A DNA stretch of 64,000 nt from a virus (Duplodnaviria > Caudoviricetes). The notes beneath the pieces are model-generated. The model was not told the origin of the DNA. It saw only the letters and a program-made list of their open reading frames with translations, and did no database searches. The stretch is from positions 10,927 to 74,926 of IMG/VR virus record IMGVR_UViG_3300010357_001370, one strand, 5' to 3'. Of this stretch, positions 18,817 to 27,645 are shown one piece after another. Numbering within the stretch: the stretch's first letter is position 1; each line of letters begins with the position of its first letter. A program made the position numbers and the translations under genes.

Positions 18817-20012
18817 ATGAGGTAATGACTAAGTATGAGATCCTCAAATCTTACAAAAACGCAAATCATCCTGAGAGCATTCGAGACACATGGGTGGCCT
18901 TGGGCGGCGCAATCATTACGCCAACGTCTCGAACCTATATCAAGGACATGGTTTACCGCGTTGACCTCACTACTACATCTGGGGATGTTCCCGTTGACGC
19001 AGTTCTCCACGGCGCACTTATTCTCTGTGAGGCGAGCCTATATAACTCGAATCCACTTACGTGGGAAGCTGCAATCGTCGAAGACGACGAAGAGGGCTTT
19101 CTATCATTCGTCAATGGCATTATATCCCCTCATTTTAGACTCCTCCTCACAGCAGAGGAGTTTGATGCGATTACTGCGCCGCAGAATCCGGCATTTGTCC
19201 CATATTCAGAAGTTACAACCTCATCGATCCTTATTCCCGACGATGAGCTCGAAGCGATCCTCGTCGAGGTAGGCGTTCCATTTGTTCTTCTTGAAGAGCT
19301 TGAATTCCCTCGCAACAAGATCTGCAATGACATCATCAAGCCTGCTATGCAGGAGTATTTCAAGTTCTTCCCGATTGTTAGACGCGAAACAAAGTACAGC
19401 ACCATTGCTCAGGCTGGTCAGGTGTTTGAAGTCCCTCTACCTATGAATGCCTATGGCGCTGTTCGCGTATACGTTAACCAGGGCACTACGAACGAAGCAG
19501 GAGCTGCAGCTGGCAACCCGATGCATTTCTTTGCTTCTGAAATCGCTTGGTGGGGCGGTGGTTCAAATAACAACTGGTCGCCTATACGATACGGAAGCGG
19601 ACGTGCTCCAGGCTTCTCTAACCTCCAAGGCTTCAATACTATGGCCCTCGATCGAGCAGCTCGTCAGGGTATCCTGAATTATGCTACCCGAGCTGAGTTC
19701 CATATTGAACGAAAGGGCGATAAGAAGGTTCTAGTTGGGTATGCTAATAGAACTGGCTCACTAGAGATACATTGGGCACTGGCATCTAATGACTGGGCAG
19801 ATGTAGAATACGCGAGACAGCCAGAGCTTCGTAAACTCTGTACCGCTCGCGTATTACGTGCACTCGGAATGCTTCGAGGACAAGTGAAGTCAGATATACC
19901 GGGGCAGATCAACTACGACATGTTCATCCAGCGAGCTAAGGAGCTCGAGGATGAAGTAATGGCTTTCTGGAAAGAAATCCCCCGTGTCGCGGTTATTCGC
20001 GGTTCGATGTAA
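18813..20012 (+). CDS. Neck/head-completion protein, T4 gp13-like
   Basis: C-terminal LRKLCTARVLRALGMLRGQVKSDIPGQINYDMFIQRAKELEDE resembles the gp13 C-terminus. Confidence 0.6.
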   Translation: MNEVMTKYEILKSYKNANHPESIRDTWVALGGAIITPTSRTYIKDMVYRVDLTTTSGDVPVDAVLHGALILCEASLYNSNPLTWEAAIVEDDEEGFLSFVNGIISPHFRLLLTAEEFDAITAPQNPAFVPYSEVTTSSILIPDDELEAILVEVGVPFVLLEELEFPRNKICNDIIKPAMQEYFKFFPIVRRETKYSTIAQAGQVFEVPLPMNAYGAVRVYVNQGTTNEAGAAAGNPMHFFASEIAWWGGGSNNNWSPIRYGSGRAPGFSNLQGFNTMALDRAARQGILNYATRAEFHIERKGDKKVLVGYANRTGSLEIHWALASNDWADVEYARQPELRKLCTARVLRALGMLRGQVKSDIPGQINYDMFIQRAKELEDEVMAFWKEIPRVAVIRGSM

Positions 20013-20631
20013 GCCCGATGGAACGAGCAAACATATCCAGATTAGAATACAGATCTTCTATAGTGCCGTCGTTCAAGATTTCCGTCTCAGCATCTAACGT
20101 GAGAATCTCTTGCTCGGAGGGATGAGGATCAATTGTCGTTTCAACCTCTGGGCGACGGATGCGCAGGATATGAATAGGAGTATTCATTTCCAGTCCGAAC
20201 TCCTGAAGCGCGGATACCTCGTACTGAAATCGAAGATCAGATACAACGAAGTTCTTTCCCGGGTAGTTTCCTGCATAGCGAAGAAGAGATTTTACGTACG
20301 TCCTGCGACCAGTTAACATAGCGTAACCGGGAGAACGATCTACTAGAAGCATGGACCATTCAGTGCCTAGAAGCTGCGCGGCTAGCCGGGGACTGATGCC
20401 CCAATAGGGATCCTCTTTTTCCTTTTCCGGGGAATCCCAGATTGAATGATCCCATCCATAGATATCCTCAAGAGCTTTCTTGAGAGGATCTGCGAAATGA
20501 TATAGCGTCAGAAACGAGCTTCTCTCAAAGCCTTCTTCATTACCTTCTGCAGAAACCTTAAAGGATGTTGTAAGGTATGAGGCTGCGGTATCCTTACCAG
20601 ACCGCTTAACTCCGGTTACTGCTACTATCAT
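19993..20631 (-). CDS. Deoxynucleoside monophosphate kinase
   Basis: GVKRSGKDT, FADPLK, PRLAAQLLGTE, SDLRFQYE and HPSE motifs. Confidence 0.88.
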   Translation of the reverse strand: MIVAVTGVKRSGKDTAASYLTTSFKVSAEGNEEGFERSSFLTLYHFADPLKKALEDIYGWDHSIWDSPEKEKEDPYWGISPRLAAQLLGTEWSMLLVDRSPGYAMLTGRRTYVKSLLRYAGNYPGKNFVVSDLRFQYEVSALQEFGLEMNTPIHILRIRRPEVETTIDPHPSEQEILTLDAETEILNDGTIEDLYSNLDMFARSIGLTSNRE

Positions 20632-21197
20632 TTGTCCGCCTTTGAAGTTGACTCTGTAGGAATATCTTTCTTTGGAAAGACATCTCCCAGAGTCGTTCGA
20701 ATCCCGTCACAATGCTCCTCGGAAAGCTTATACCTAGGCTTATCGAGAACAAGCTGAGACTGCTCAGCTATTGATCTAAGCAGCTCTTTGAGTTCAGTTA
20801 TCTCATCCTGCTGCTTCTTATATACCTCGTCTGATCCACTCTCAACTACGAACTCTTCCTTCATAAAGGTATCGAGATCCACTGCGGAGGCTCGCTTCTG
20901 CCACTTCTTGACCTCGGTACGAGTCATAGTGGAGAAGTTGGAAACTAGCTCCTTTAGAAGAGAGTAGATGCTGCGATTCTGAGTAATTAACGAAGAAATA
21001 GTGGAGCTGAGAGTGCGTTCTAAGTCTGCGTCGTCGTGTGGGAGATGCCAAGATATACCGGACGTGGTATGCCCGACCTGGCCTCTCTGAGTATGGTATA
21101 CTGTATGTTCGAATTTGATGTCCTGGCCGTGTTTCTCGATTTCTTTAAGTTCGAGGTACTCACCAAGCGGGATCTGAATAGTCTGAGATACATCCAT
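20628..21197 (-). CDS. Hypothetical protein
   Basis: 189-aa ORF coupled to the dNMP kinase gene. Confidence 0.5.
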   Translation of the reverse strand: MDVSQTIQIPLGEYLELKEIEKHGQDIKFEHTVYHTQRGQVGHTTSGISWHLPHDDADLERTLSSTISSLITQNRSIYSLLKELVSNFSTMTRTEVKKWQKRASAVDLDTFMKEEFVVESGSDEVYKKQQDEITELKELLRSIAEQSQLVLDKPRYKLSEEHCDGIRTTLGDVFPKKDIPTESTSKADK

Positions 21198-21253
21198 TTG
21201 AAGCTCCTTCTCCGCTTAGTATACATATGATACTCGGAGAAGGAGTAGTTCAC

Positions 21254-21856
21254 TTACGGAGCAGGTACTTTTGCTCCGGCCTGCATCTCGTCCCAGTTCT
21301 TTTGAGAATATTGAGTTTCGCGAGTATCGTAAATAGTAGGTCGATTACTTTCGGTTGGGAAGATAACAACATCTGCTTGAGCAGTGTTATTACCACCAAA
21401 GTTCGCTACAATCCACTCTGCGAAATCTTCCTTGGTCATTCCAGCATACTCACCTAAGTCCTGTACAAAAGTTCTGTAGAGCTTTGCTACAAGTTCTTCG
21501 AAACTGTCTGGACCTCGACTTGGATCTTTTTGACGCTCAGTTACGCTTTTCTTTGCTCGAATCAAAAGCTGTTCTAAAGAGATAGGGGCCTGGTTCTGAA
21601 CACGAACCATTATTTCCTTGGGATCGTATGTACTGGGGCGATCTTCTCGCTCTGTTCGGAAAGTTTTGGCTGCTAGCGGCGGTGTAGTAAATTCAGCAGA
21701 GATGCCCTCATTGCCTTTTTCAACGAGACGATTAACGGCTTCCTCTAACTGAGAAAGAACGCGCTCAATAGCCTTGATGTTCTTCATAATACCGTCCTCA
21801 TCACAATTAGTACTAATTGTTACATGATATACTTCCTTCAAAATGCGGAAGGCCAC
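21254..21856 (-). CDS. Hypothetical protein
   Basis: 200-aa ORF; start codon uncertain. Confidence 0.5.
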   Translation of the reverse strand: MAFRILKEVYHVTISTNCDEDGIMKNIKAIERVLSQLEEAVNRLVEKGNEGISAEFTTPPLAAKTFRTEREDRPSTYDPKEIMVRVQNQAPISLEQLLIRAKKSVTERQKDPSRGPDSFEELVAKLYRTFVQDLGEYAGMTKEDFAEWIVANFGGNNTAQADVVIFPTESNRPTIYDTRETQYSQKNWDEMQAGAKVPAP

Positions 21857-22159
21857 ATCAAAATAGGCTGCACATCAAATCTAGAGCAGCGAATTCAAGC
21901 TCTACAAGTAGGAAACTCCTCTAACCTAAAGCTTCTCTATATTATAGAGTTGCCGGATGAGGAGTCCTATTCATTCGAACAGCATACTCACGGGTTCTGT
22001 CGCATGTATCACCTACAAGGTGAATGGTTTAAGCCTGAAGTGCTCGAGCATCTTCAGCGGCATCCTTGGTATCGGGAATATATGATCCCAGCTAACAAAA
22101 TAGAGAATAAACAGCCGAAGTCTCCACAGACACAATCGGCCGTAACACAAACCCCTTAG
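21824..22159 (+). CDS. T5orf172/MUG113-type GIY-YIG nuclease domain protein
   Basis: IYFLQ...IKIGCTSNLEQRIQALQVGNS...GEWF. Confidence 0.8.
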   Translation: MIYFLQNAEGHIKIGCTSNLEQRIQALQVGNSSNLKLLYIIELPDEESYSFEQHTHGFCRMYHLQGEWFKPEVLEHLQRHPWYREYMIPANKIENKQPKSPQTQSAVTQTP

Positions 22160-22595
22160 GCTTGCGACCGGGAGATGGACGCTTCACGATGTACATTATC
22201 GGTCCCATAACCGCAACAGCGTGCTCTGGATCGGGGCTGCTAGCGTGAGCGAAGTTCTCTCTACTTAACACGTACGCAATACACCTAGCCCGAGGATGAA
22301 ACTTTCCGTTCTTAATCAGATACTCACCTGCGTACTGCCTTCCGATCACGTGGTCCTCTGATAGTTGCGAAAATGTACACTCCCCCGAATTATATGCATC
22401 TAAGGCCGCTTTGGATATTATTGCATATTCCGGGCCATACTGCTCTGTAAGCGGGTGTGGCATAACCTTCATTCCGAAGATATGCTCTCCAACCATTCTA
22501 CCTAAAACTTGAACAAAGTCCTTTCCAGCTTTCTCTTCAAGATACATCGGAAGGAATACCTGTACGTAGTTGTTCATCGCTAAAGTTGTATCCAT
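22092..22595 (-). CDS. Hypothetical protein
   Basis: 167 aa with RBS AGGAG; directly downstream of a promoter motif. Confidence 0.55.
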   Translation of the reverse strand: MDTTLAMNNYVQVFLPMYLEEKAGKDFVQVLGRMVGEHIFGMKVMPHPLTEQYGPEYAIISKAALDAYNSGECTFSQLSEDHVIGRQYAGEYLIKNGKFHPRARCIAYVLSRENFAHASSPDPEHAVAVMGPIMYIVKRPSPGRKPKGFVLRPIVSVETSAVYSLFC

Positions 22596-22614
22596 TTGGG
22601 TCTCCTAAGTGCCT

Positions 22615-22645
22615 ATTGTATCTACGGATGTAATATAGGAGTCAA
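22615..22645 (-). promoter_or_regulatory. Sigma70-like promoter TTGACT-N19-TACAAT
   Basis: Member of the repeated TTGACT...GA-TAYNAT family. Confidence 0.6.
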
Positions 22646-22647
22646 AT

Positions 22648-22674
22648 AAAAAAGGCACCCGAAGGTGCCCTTTT
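22648..22674. terminator. Intrinsic terminator, potentially bidirectional
   Basis: GGCACC-CGAA-GGTGCC stem-loop flanked by A6 and T4. Confidence 0.75.
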
Positions 22675-22692
22675 CTGCGAGGACTGTATCGA

Positions 22693-23172
22693 TTACTCGA
22701 CCGAGATGTCGACCGTCTTCGGCTTGCGCTCCTCGGCGAGAGGAACGGTGATGCTAAGCATTCCGTCCTTCATCTTCGCCTGAGCCTTGCTCAGATCGAA
22801 TTTCGAAGGCATCTGGATTGCCTTCTTGAAGGCCGAAGATCGGATGCCGTGGTAAACGCACTCGCAGTCGTCCCCGCAGTCACAGCCAGGGCCGCACTCG
22901 CAAGAGTCTTCAGTCTTCCCGTCCCCCTTGCTTTCGATAATCAGGCGACCATCATCTGCGTGGATAGCGATATCAGCCTGGCCGTATCCTGCGAGTGCAA
23001 GATCAATCCGAGCTGACCCATCCTTGAGAGCGTAGATGTTATGAGGAGGGAAGGACGTGGTAGTCGAAACCGTGGTGAAGAGGCGATTGAAATCCCTCCA
23101 CGCGTCTCGACCGAGCAGGGACTCGAAGAAATCCGAGTCAAAAAGGAAACCGAAATCGTTGCGGCGTGCCAT
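22693..23172 (-). CDS. Small heat-shock protein (Hsp20) with a Cys-rich insert
   Basis: FPPHNI, DLALAGY, YHGIRSSAFKKAIQMP and AKMKDGMLSITVP; insert CECGPGCDCGDDCEC. Confidence 0.9.
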   Translation of the reverse strand: MARRNDFGFLFDSDFFESLLGRDAWRDFNRLFTTVSTTTSFPPHNIYALKDGSARIDLALAGYGQADIAIHADDGRLIIESKGDGKTEDSCECGPGCDCGDDCECVYHGIRSSAFKKAIQMPSKFDLSKAQAKMKDGMLSITVPLAEERKPKTVDISVE

Positions 23173-23278
23173 AAAGCACCTCCTACAGAAAATATGCGCC
23201 CCGCATACGCGGCGGCGAGTTATCCCCTATTCGGGGCACAACTCAAACATAGAAAGGACTGATCGTCCTCTAATATAA

Positions 23279-23827
23279 TTAGTGTCTGTTCAAATAGCCA
23301 GAAACGATACCAGAAATCTCAGCTACAAGATTCTCCTGAGTGCCAGTTAGCTTTCGATTATCCCGAAGATACTCGACTACCTCTTTTGTCTGCTTCGCAT
23401 ATTTAGTGGCCCACTCTACATCCGCCTCATCGAGATCTGCGATATTAGAAAGCCTATCGGCGAGCTTGATAACGAGCCCCCAGGAACTGATACCCGCAAA
23501 CTTCCGCTTTAGGTATTCTGTCTTACCGAGCCTTTTCAATTCGTCTTCATCGGATGTGAGCTCAAAGACTAGTGCGGTTACGTTGGGGCCAAAGAGCCTG
23601 AGGAGCTCTTCATATGTAGCATCTGTATTCTCGATAGTGTCGTGCAGGTACGCTGCCGCTACCAGATCGTCAAGTTTGTGAGAATCTGGCTTAGCTCGCT
23701 TCACAGTTGCAGCTACCGTCTCTGGATGAGTGATATACGGAGCCCCGCCGCGGCGGTTTACACCAGCGTGCTTTTTAGTTGCATACTCTAAGGCGTCTGC
23801 GGACCTGCTATCTATTAGATGCTGCAT
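23279..23827 (-). CDS. HD-domain (p)ppGpp hydrolase-like protein (SpoT-HD/Mesh1 type)
   Basis: KHAGVNRRGGAPYITHP, AAYLHDTIENT, LVFELT and IKLADRLSNI motifs. Confidence 0.85.
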   Translation of the reverse strand: MQHLIDSRSADALEYATKKHAGVNRRGGAPYITHPETVAATVKRAKPDSHKLDDLVAAAYLHDTIENTDATYEELLRLFGPNVTALVFELTSDEDELKRLGKTEYLKRKFAGISSWGLVIKLADRLSNIADLDEADVEWATKYAKQTKEVVEYLRDNRKLTGTQENLVAEISGIVSGYLNRH

Positions 23828-23829
23828 AG

Positions 23830-24360
23830 TTAATTGGTCATCGATATCTCAAGGTCTTCAGCTACCTCGGGAATGGTAAGAAGCTTCTCTAGAGTAGATG
23901 CTGTGTCCTTATGGAGGATGAATACCCCGCGCCCTTCAGTCCACGCATTCCCCATCTTAGCGGTATCGTCTATCAAGATCCATTTTTCCTCCTCTGGGAT
24001 AGCCTCGTACCCAAAGGCCTTAAGAGCGCAATCGAGCTTAGTTCGTCCTGGAGACTTGATGATAGTTTTGGGAAAGTACTCGAGATGCTTTCGTATCCAG
24101 GTTCGCTTCTGGTCCGCCCAACCGTATCCATGCGGAACGCCGGTAAGGATCGATGGCCCGAGAGGCGCTAACGCATCCCAAAGCTCTTTCCCGTCCGGCA
24201 TCCAATGCAGCCTGGCATAGAAGTCGCCTACGCCAGCTACAGCCTTCCATATTCGGCCGAGAGACCGGCCGAAGTCTACTATGCTTGTTCCGGTTAGCTC
24301 CTTGACTCCGCGTTCGAAATCAACGATCACACCGTCCATATCAAGAAATATTCTGTACAT
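23830..24360 (-). CDS. 5'(3')-deoxyribonucleotidase-like HAD phosphatase
   Basis: IFLDMDGVIVDF, SILTG, QKRTWI and LIDD; probable start is MYRIF at 24360. Confidence 0.8.
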   Translation of the reverse strand: MYRIFLDMDGVIVDFERGVKELTGTSIVDFGRSLGRIWKAVAGVGDFYARLHWMPDGKELWDALAPLGPSILTGVPHGYGWADQKRTWIRKHLEYFPKTIIKSPGRTKLDCALKAFGYEAIPEEEKWILIDDTAKMGNAWTEGRGVFILHKDTASTLEKLLTIPEVAEDLEISMTN

Positions 24361-24565
24361 TATCCGTTTCCTCTTCAGAAGCAACGATGTCGAAGCAGGT
24401 ATCCATACCTTCGGCAAAGCCTACGTCCTTACCTTCTCGATATGATTTATCCCGAACTCGTTGAAAAATGCTGGTGATCTTTTGTTCGTAAAGCTGTCGT
24501 TCGTTTCCGCTAAGATTCGCCCTGTCAAACAGTTCGACAATAGTCCGAGGGAGAGCCATATTCAC
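24341..24565 (-). CDS. Hypothetical protein
   Basis: 74 aa, RBS GGAGG. Confidence 0.5.
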   Translation of the reverse strand: MNMALPRTIVELFDRANLSGNERQLYEQKITSIFQRVRDKSYREGKDVGFAEGMDTCFDIVASEEETDNVQNIS

Positions 24566-24630
24566 ACCTCCGAGGAAACGGCAGGGGCGAGTTTCCCCGC
24601 CCCTACTGGATGAGATATTCAGTTAGTCGA

Positions 24631-25500
24631 TTAGACGCCGAACACGTTTGCGACCTGCTTCTGCAGAGCGAGGGATCTGTGGAATTTGCGCACGCTGTGC
24701 GTTGCGACATTGGTCGCGATCTGCATGAGTGCGTAAGCGCTGAGCTGCGGACTGGCTTTGACTCCGACGATTTTACCGTCAGCGTCATAGTCGAGCGTAA
24801 GCAGGCCCTGGCTGATTGCCGCGGCGAGCTCGGCGGCTTTCTGCGAGAAGGTCTCTAGCATGAGAATCTGGAGGTAGATGTCGGCGGGCTCGGAATTGAG
24901 CATCCTGTATGAGGCCTTGAAGCCCTCGATCGTCTTTTCCATGTTGGAGAGGAACCCGTCGGCGACGATGCGGTAGTCCGGATCAACGTTGTGCTTGAAG
25001 GAGACCTGCTGAACGATGTTCCCGATCACGATACCGTTCGCGCAGACGAAGCGAAAGCCGCCGTAGTAGAAGTCGAGCTTCGAACTGCGGTCATAGCTGT
25101 TGCGAGCGATGATGGTCGGGACGTAGAGGTCCTTAGGGCCGCCGTCGAGCGCGGTGTTGTCCGAGCCGTCGGGCACGAACGAGTAGTCGGGGAAGCGGAA
25201 CTCTCGGAAGAATCGATTGCCGTGAGCAGCGACGGCCGTGTGTCCGATATCGTACCGGATGCCCTGCTTCGTGAGCATCGTCTCGACGAAGTCGTTGGCG
25301 CGCTTGTGCGTGGTGACGATGTACTTGGGGCTGACGCTCGAGAGGTACTCTCCGGTGTCTCCTCGATAGATAGCATCGATGCCGGTGTCCTGGCCGTTCG
25401 TGAGATGCAGCCTTTCGCGTTTAACATCGAAATCGAATTTGCGATCGTCCTTATAGTCTCTTGCTCCGGAAAGGAGCTTCAGACGAGATACCTTAGCCAT
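24631..25500 (-). CDS. DUF932-like phage/plasmid protein
   Basis: YLSSVSPKY, IIARNSYDRSS, GGFRFVCANG and FKH motifs; strong C/G-ending codon bias. Confidence 0.7.
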   Translation of the reverse strand: MAKVSRLKLLSGARDYKDDRKFDFDVKRERLHLTNGQDTGIDAIYRGDTGEYLSSVSPKYIVTTHKRANDFVETMLTKQGIRYDIGHTAVAAHGNRFFREFRFPDYSFVPDGSDNTALDGGPKDLYVPTIIARNSYDRSSKLDFYYGGFRFVCANGIVIGNIVQQVSFKHNVDPDYRIVADGFLSNMEKTIEGFKASYRMLNSEPADIYLQILMLETFSQKAAELAAAISQGLLTLDYDADGKIVGVKASPQLSAYALMQIATNVATHSVRKFHRSLALQKQVANVFGV

Positions 25501-25555
25501 GTGAGGCCTCCTTGCCCCTCTAGTAGAGGCTGGTGTGCATCGTTGTTGGTCACCT

Positions 25556-25585
25556 ATAATATCAACCGAGATATGCGAAAGTCAA
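25556..25585 (-). promoter_or_regulatory. Sigma70-like promoter TTGACT-N18-TATTAT
   Basis: Direct reading; member of the repeated family. Confidence 0.65.
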
Positions 25586-25617
25586 AGAAAAAGGCCCCCG
25601 AAAAGAGGGCCCTGTAT

Positions 25618-26226
25618 TTACGCAGCAGTCTTGCGAGGTTTCCGCATCTTAACCGGAGGTTCGACTGGCGGCGCGGCCGTGCTCTTCTCGGGCCACGGAA
25701 TCCCCTTATCGCCGACTTTACTCGCGATATGCGCGAGGTGATCGAAATCGACATGCGCCTCGTTACGAGGATTGAAGAAGAACCACTTGTGTTCGAAGTC
25801 CATATTCTTCTTGATGATCGCGTGAATCAGAAGCCACTCCTGCTCGACGTTCGCGAGAACGATTCGGTAGGTCGAGTTGCGATCTTCGAAGTTTACACTG
25901 CGGAGATTTGCCTTGCCAGCGACAGCGCGATTGAAGAGCTCCAGCATAGGGCGGACAACGTCGAGAGGAACGAGTCTCTTTGCGTGGCGCTGCTTGTGCA
26001 GGCGAGCAAGAGCGTTCTTCATTCTGCGGTCTTTCTTCGCAGCGAGCTCTGCAGCCCTCTGCTCGGCCGTCTTGCGCTCGATCTTGACCTTCTCTATCTG
26101 CTCCGGAGTAGCGTTCGGATCTTTCGGAATCCTCTGGCCTTTCTCATCCAGCACGTAGCGCTGGTAGATCTTGCCGGACGGAGCGGTGTATTTTTCGGTG
26201 AGCCAAGCACTAAGTTTCTTGGGCAT
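25618..26226 (-). CDS. Hypothetical basic early protein
   Basis: The ORF extends to 26265, but ATG 26226 has an AGGGG RBS and lies downstream of the promoter. Confidence 0.55.
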   Translation of the reverse strand: MPKKLSAWLTEKYTAPSGKIYQRYVLDEKGQRIPKDPNATPEQIEKVKIERKTAEQRAAELAAKKDRRMKNALARLHKQRHAKRLVPLDVVRPMLELFNRAVAGKANLRSVNFEDRNSTYRIVLANVEQEWLLIHAIIKKNMDFEHKWFFFNPRNEAHVDFDHLAHIASKVGDKGIPWPEKSTAAPPVEPPVKMRKPRKTAA

Positions 26227-26267
26227 ATCAACCCCCTGATTAACGTCTGTAGTATCGTCTTGCATAG

Positions 26268-26297
26268 ATTATATCGACCTTCCTCTTAGAGAGTCAA
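26268..26297 (-). promoter_or_regulatory. Sigma70-like promoter TTGACT-N18-TATAAT
   Basis: Direct reading; T-rich UP-like tract upstream. Confidence 0.75.
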
Positions 26298-26312
26298 AAA
26301 ATAAAGGACTTT

Positions 26313-26365
26313 CTAATTCCTTGTAGAATAAGGAATTAGCTAAGTCCTTGTAGAATAAGGAATTA
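26313..26365. repeat. Tandem 21-bp direct repeat forming palindromes (TCCTTGTAGAATAAGGAATTA x2)
   Basis: Exact copies at 26318-26338 and 26345-26365; copy 1 lies within the inverted repeat CTAATTCCTT...AAGGAATTAG. Confidence 0.85.
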
Positions 26366-26692
26366 CAGATCCCCGTCGTCTTCGAAGTTTATCTGGCGAA
26401 GTAGCTCTGTAAACGTATTCATCTTCTCTGTGAGGGCTTCTCGAAGTGTCGGGGACTGGAGAATAGCATCAACTAGAATACTCGTATCCCCGCTAAGCAT
26501 TTCAGAGAGACTGCGTAGGTGCTCGATCCCCATAACATCAACCAGGATGTCTAAATCTTCTTCTGCCTGATCTTCAGAGTTGGCTCCATTGTTAATGATG
26601 AGTCCGATAAGGACGTTCACTATTTCTGAAGGAACGGTAGGTTTATCAAAACTGGAAACGTCTCCAGTTCCCTCATCTTCAAAATCACTCAT
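26363..26692 (-). CDS. Acidic paralogue A4 with GDVSSF leader
   Basis: MSDFEDEGTGDVSSFDKP start. Confidence 0.65.
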   Translation of the reverse strand: MSDFEDEGTGDVSSFDKPTVPSEIVNVLIGLIINNGANSEDQAEEDLDILVDVMGIEHLRSLSEMLSGDTSILVDAILQSPTLREALTEKMNTFTELLRQINFEDDGDL

Positions 26693-27008
26693 CCGTATCC
26701 TCCTCATCATAGTATTTTTCGATTACGTATTTCAAAGCACCTACATGCCGTGAGATCTCTGACGATACATATTGCTTAAAGTCTTCGGATTTCATCAAAC
26801 TATCAATCCACTCATCCGGATCCTTGAAAGTCTCCCACATTGTCCGAATCTCGCTCTCGTCAAATGTATTAAAGAGTTCGTCACTCTCATTATCCGGATG
26901 CCAACCACCAAAGATAAGATCCGTTAGAAGAGAGATTTCTTCTTCGTGAATACCAGGCTTCTGAAAGCTAGATACATCTCCAATATCTTCATTATTAAAG
27001 TCGGACAT
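26685..27008 (-). CDS. Acidic paralogue A3 with GDVSSF leader
   Basis: MSDFNNEDIGDVSSFQKP start. Confidence 0.65.
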   Translation of the reverse strand: MSDFNNEDIGDVSSFQKPGIHEEEISLLTDLIFGGWHPDNESDELFNTFDESEIRTMWETFKDPDEWIDSLMKSEDFKQYVSSEISRHVGALKYVIEKYYDEEDTDE

Positions 27009-27340
27009 TATTCCTCCAACGGTTCGTCATCATCACCCTCTTCTTGTAAACTAATAATTGTCCCTGCTATTGCTTCTATTAAGCTATCTAAAAACGATAC
27101 AAGTTCTGGGGACTGTAATAAATCGTCTACAATTCGCTCGGATGTTCGTGAGTGTATCGCCTGTATAATAATTTCTCGTTGCTCTTTTGTATAATCATAA
27201 GCAAGGCAAGATCGAAGTATCTCTGGATCTATATTAAGATAGATATCCTGAATTGTACTAAGAAGATTTTTAGAAATCTCTGCATCTATACGCGGAGCGT
27301 CAAATGACGAAACGTCGCCAGTATCCTCTAGGTCACTCAT
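27008..27340 (-). CDS. Acidic paralogue A2 with GDVSSF leader
   Basis: MSDLEDTGDVSSFDAP start. Confidence 0.65.
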   Translation of the reverse strand: MSDLEDTGDVSSFDAPRIDAEISKNLLSTIQDIYLNIDPEILRSCLAYDYTKEQREIIIQAIHSRTSERIVDDLLQSPELVSFLDSLIEAIAGTIISLQEEGDDDEPLEE

Positions 27341-27645
27341 AACCCGTCCTCCTCTAATGAGAACTCCATAGCGGTACAGATGAGGTCTATCAATCCGTCT
27401 AGAATCTGCTCTGCTGCGCCGTTTGTCATTAGCTCATCAATAACATCCTGCCGATTGGTATCCAATAGGGCTACTATTCGCTCTTGCTTATCGGCGTAGG
27501 TAGACTGTATAGCATCGAAAAATACGTACGGGTCCTGACCTATGAATAAGTCATCTATCAAGGATTTGGTAAGGTCCGTAGCTTCCGGATTCTTAGATTG
27601 TTGAAGATCTGAGATATCCCCTTCAGCCTCAAATTCATCGCTCAT
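27337..27645 (-). CDS. Acidic paralogue A1 with GDISDL leader
   Basis: MSDEFEAEGDISDLQQSK start. Confidence 0.6.
   Translation of the reverse strand: MSDEFEAEGDISDLQQSKNPEATDLTKSLIDDLFIGQDPYVFFDAIQSTYADKQERIVALLDTNRQDVIDELMTNGAAEQILDGLIDLICTAMEFSLEEDGL

Noticed and set aside
24991-26289. 432-aa plus-strand ORF
   Set aside because: Shadow across two well-supported minus-strand genes and their promoter.
26313-26365. Possible mini-CRISPR array
   Set aside because: Only two copies, 6 bp apart, with no spacer-length unique sequence and no cas genes.
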